Origin: Schizochytrium sp. TIO01
Taxonomy: Eukaryota; Protista; Bigyra: Labyrinthulomycetes
Reading direction: 5' to 3'
NCBI GenBank assembly: GCA_004764695.1
Contig: SMSO01000032.1
Location: forward strand, 1,426,001-1,490,000
DNA length: 64,000 nt
The notes under the pieces are model-generated. The model was given only the letters and a program-made list of their open reading frames with translations, was not told the DNA's origin and searched no databases. Below, piece by piece: positions 63,201 to 64,000 of the stretch. Position numbers and translations under genes: made by a program. Each line of letters begins with the position of its first letter. The first letter of the stretch is position 1.

Positions 63201-64000
63201 GAGGTTCTCAAGAGCCATGATTTTTAACTTTACATGAGGAGTTTTCTCTGTAGAGATGTCTGTAGCTGATTGCAAACCTAATGAAGGCTCTGCCACATAC
63301 TGTATCTGTACTTCCGCACGCGCTAACTTTGTTCCAAGTCGAGATATTGAGCGTAGCGGCACTTCCGCATGCATAATGTGTCCATCAATACAAATCTTTG
63401 GAGGAAGAATGATATTTGCTTCTGCTATCCGCTGTCCACTTCCAGTCTCAACTAGACACAAGTCTAAAAATGGTGAATCTTTTGAACTCTCGCACACCCA
63501 CACAGTATGACCGGTAAAATCAGCTGATGTACCTGCAAATACAGCAGGCTCTACTTGATCTTCACTACGAAGATGAAGTTCAAGCTGAAGACTATCTAAT
63601 TGCAAATTGTGTGACGAAAGTGTGAGTGATTTCAAAGTAAAGTGCAGCTTACCAGCAGGCACCATATTTGGCCAGTTTCTTTGCGGTCGCCCAAAACTTG
63701 CTCGAATCACAATTTCGTTGCGCTTGGCGTCATTGCTTCCTTTCAAACGCACTTGCACAGCTTCATGTGGATACATACAAAGTATTGCAAGGTCAAGCAC
63801 CGCGATTGTGGCACCATTCTCAACAGTCTTCAAATTTAATGTGGGAATTACTCGTTGACGATCAGACCATTGCTGTGGCACGTAGAAGGTTGTTTTTCCA
63901 TGTGTGTTGCGCGCTTTCCAGCTCCCAGAAGAGAGCTCAATGGTGGACATGTGCTGAGTTTCTGGTATATCTGTATCTCGTAGAATCTCTTCGTCTTGGA
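60210..64000 (-). CDS. Large EF-hand + coiled-coil + IQ-motif protein with possible C2-like N-terminal domains; probably 5'-truncated by the window edge
   Basis: EF loops DVDGSGAISRTE and DQNGDGTLVWAE; a coiled coil; many IQ motifs (LQAIYRGRLARR, IQAYARGQRDR, IQKRVRGLHARE). The frame stays open upstream of the ATG at 63950 to the window end (QDEEILRDTDIPETQH). Confidence 0.88.
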   Translation of the reverse strand, partial: QDEEILRDTDIPETQHMSTIELSSGSWKARNTHGKTTFYVPQQWSDRQRVIPTLNLKTVENGATIAVLDLAILCMYPHEAVQVRLKGSNDAKRNEIVIRASFGRPQRNWPNMVPAGKLHFTLKSLTLSSHNLQLDSLQLELHLRSEDQVEPAVFAGTSADFTGHTVWVCESSKDSPFLDLCLVETGSGQRIAEANIILPPKICIDGHIMHAEVPLRSISRLGTKLARAEVQIQYVAEPSLGLQSATDISTEKTPHVKLKIMALENLSLSPAFYRWSGRLALSIRLTHLTLGTSWRCPPVHHEDRFSPIWYFPVDLPCGNYQATLCNDDALPDNIYHEISMSLDRIDLQIDREFTVDLPQVGRVVFSTLQESLSTRHVEDIEDRNVSLNLAQGTAVLHPDNTTVSRKATHSWVTIQIDDLEGFINRGCEDFFFRLSGSTTPSIVTPRNELNNKLRLAVDLDLTSSLTLTFCRDDEHAVDNEIGTGEILLAQPGPFTLSLLHSVTSRPVGIEVSGTVRVLKQEAKPRRGSFHGTDDQERLVQDCLTASRLKHIFSKIDVDGSGAISRTEFLTSFKEDTALLDAIGLSSQDPERLFARLDQNGDGTLVWAEFVNFASIIASNRTNLADFTDELGDANLPPVNEKDEHLSSEQNTTPKRMTQKRAQKQLKDYDDKSSPLRRKQKKDSRRSRKFAQVKRENNLVSSRHTTAAISTRARSPTRKATPGKKAKKIKKRSVSSSARSMGDNIVDDSDQGDASLPQPDELGHDSMQGSNHHTTANNYGNSAPTGLALRVRELEHELEVQRQLHEQEKASLHADKDRVMLELDNLREETETLQESNERKKRELDLEKKRHKDVHQKMNDVLAELVSYRKIGEEGTEEDQWKLIRLRALTKEQDLRLERAHEKRAFEAQIAAKLQAWRRAALARRNYRAKLNERTQAAIELQAVARKKIAQKQFSHRRDTALRGCTVLQAIYRGRLARRGIAAENAAASKIQAYARGQRDRAVAKRLAHEQTCARRIQSQIRRRQSMREYKALLEERIRCVEAATVIQKRVRGLHARESYALRLDEHRQHSLENQSAARMQALARRSTALKKFSNLKSQKTAISKAAMEIQHFARSRQTYKSTKLDVAMHQLLTHTASIKSGTIPEIPSDPVKYLRSFIAAQGLSNQTLSKARDRVAQSCFSTNDNSIQEQPTTTRPSVTTVHSKNSSTNSKPGSVGGTQEILLKQQSRSLNQVPHPSLKILQEYAPELVEAAMLKYSSSERE

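Overview
Eukaryotic nuclear DNA, not prokaryotic. It has spliceosomal GT-AG introns, mostly intron-poor genes and long intergenic regions crowded with tetranucleotide microsatellites. This layout suggests a protist such as a thraustochytrid (Labyrinthulomycetes); that is an inference from genome style, not an identification. About nine protein-coding loci are supported: an R2R3-MYB factor; a GNL3/Nug1-family GTPase; a CRAL-TRIO + DUF1336 tail-anchored protein; a PH + Par3/HAL-N-like + START locus split over two overlapping frames; a spliced 246-aa hypothetical protein; exportin-1; a head-to-head RPS27A (ubiquitin fusion) / RPL39 pair; and a 5'-truncated EF-hand/IQ protein. RPL39 is missing from the ORF track because its first coding exon is only the ATG. 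The best candidate for an undescribed system is the divergent pair of lipid-transfer genes at 27.4-45.7 kb, which together carry the EDR2 domain set (PH, START, DUF1336). The PH/START gene also has an unexplained +1 frame break and a CAATTA readthrough context after its stop. A sequencing indel remains a simple explanation for the frame break. Other leads are the RP-gene bidirectional promoter, an intronic H/ACA candidate, a structured GC island at 12.3-12.5 kb, a microsatellite-bounded duplication and several decayed-gene-like islands. I saw no tRNA, rRNA, CRISPR array or intact transposon. All domain calls are by-eye motif recognition; no searches were run.
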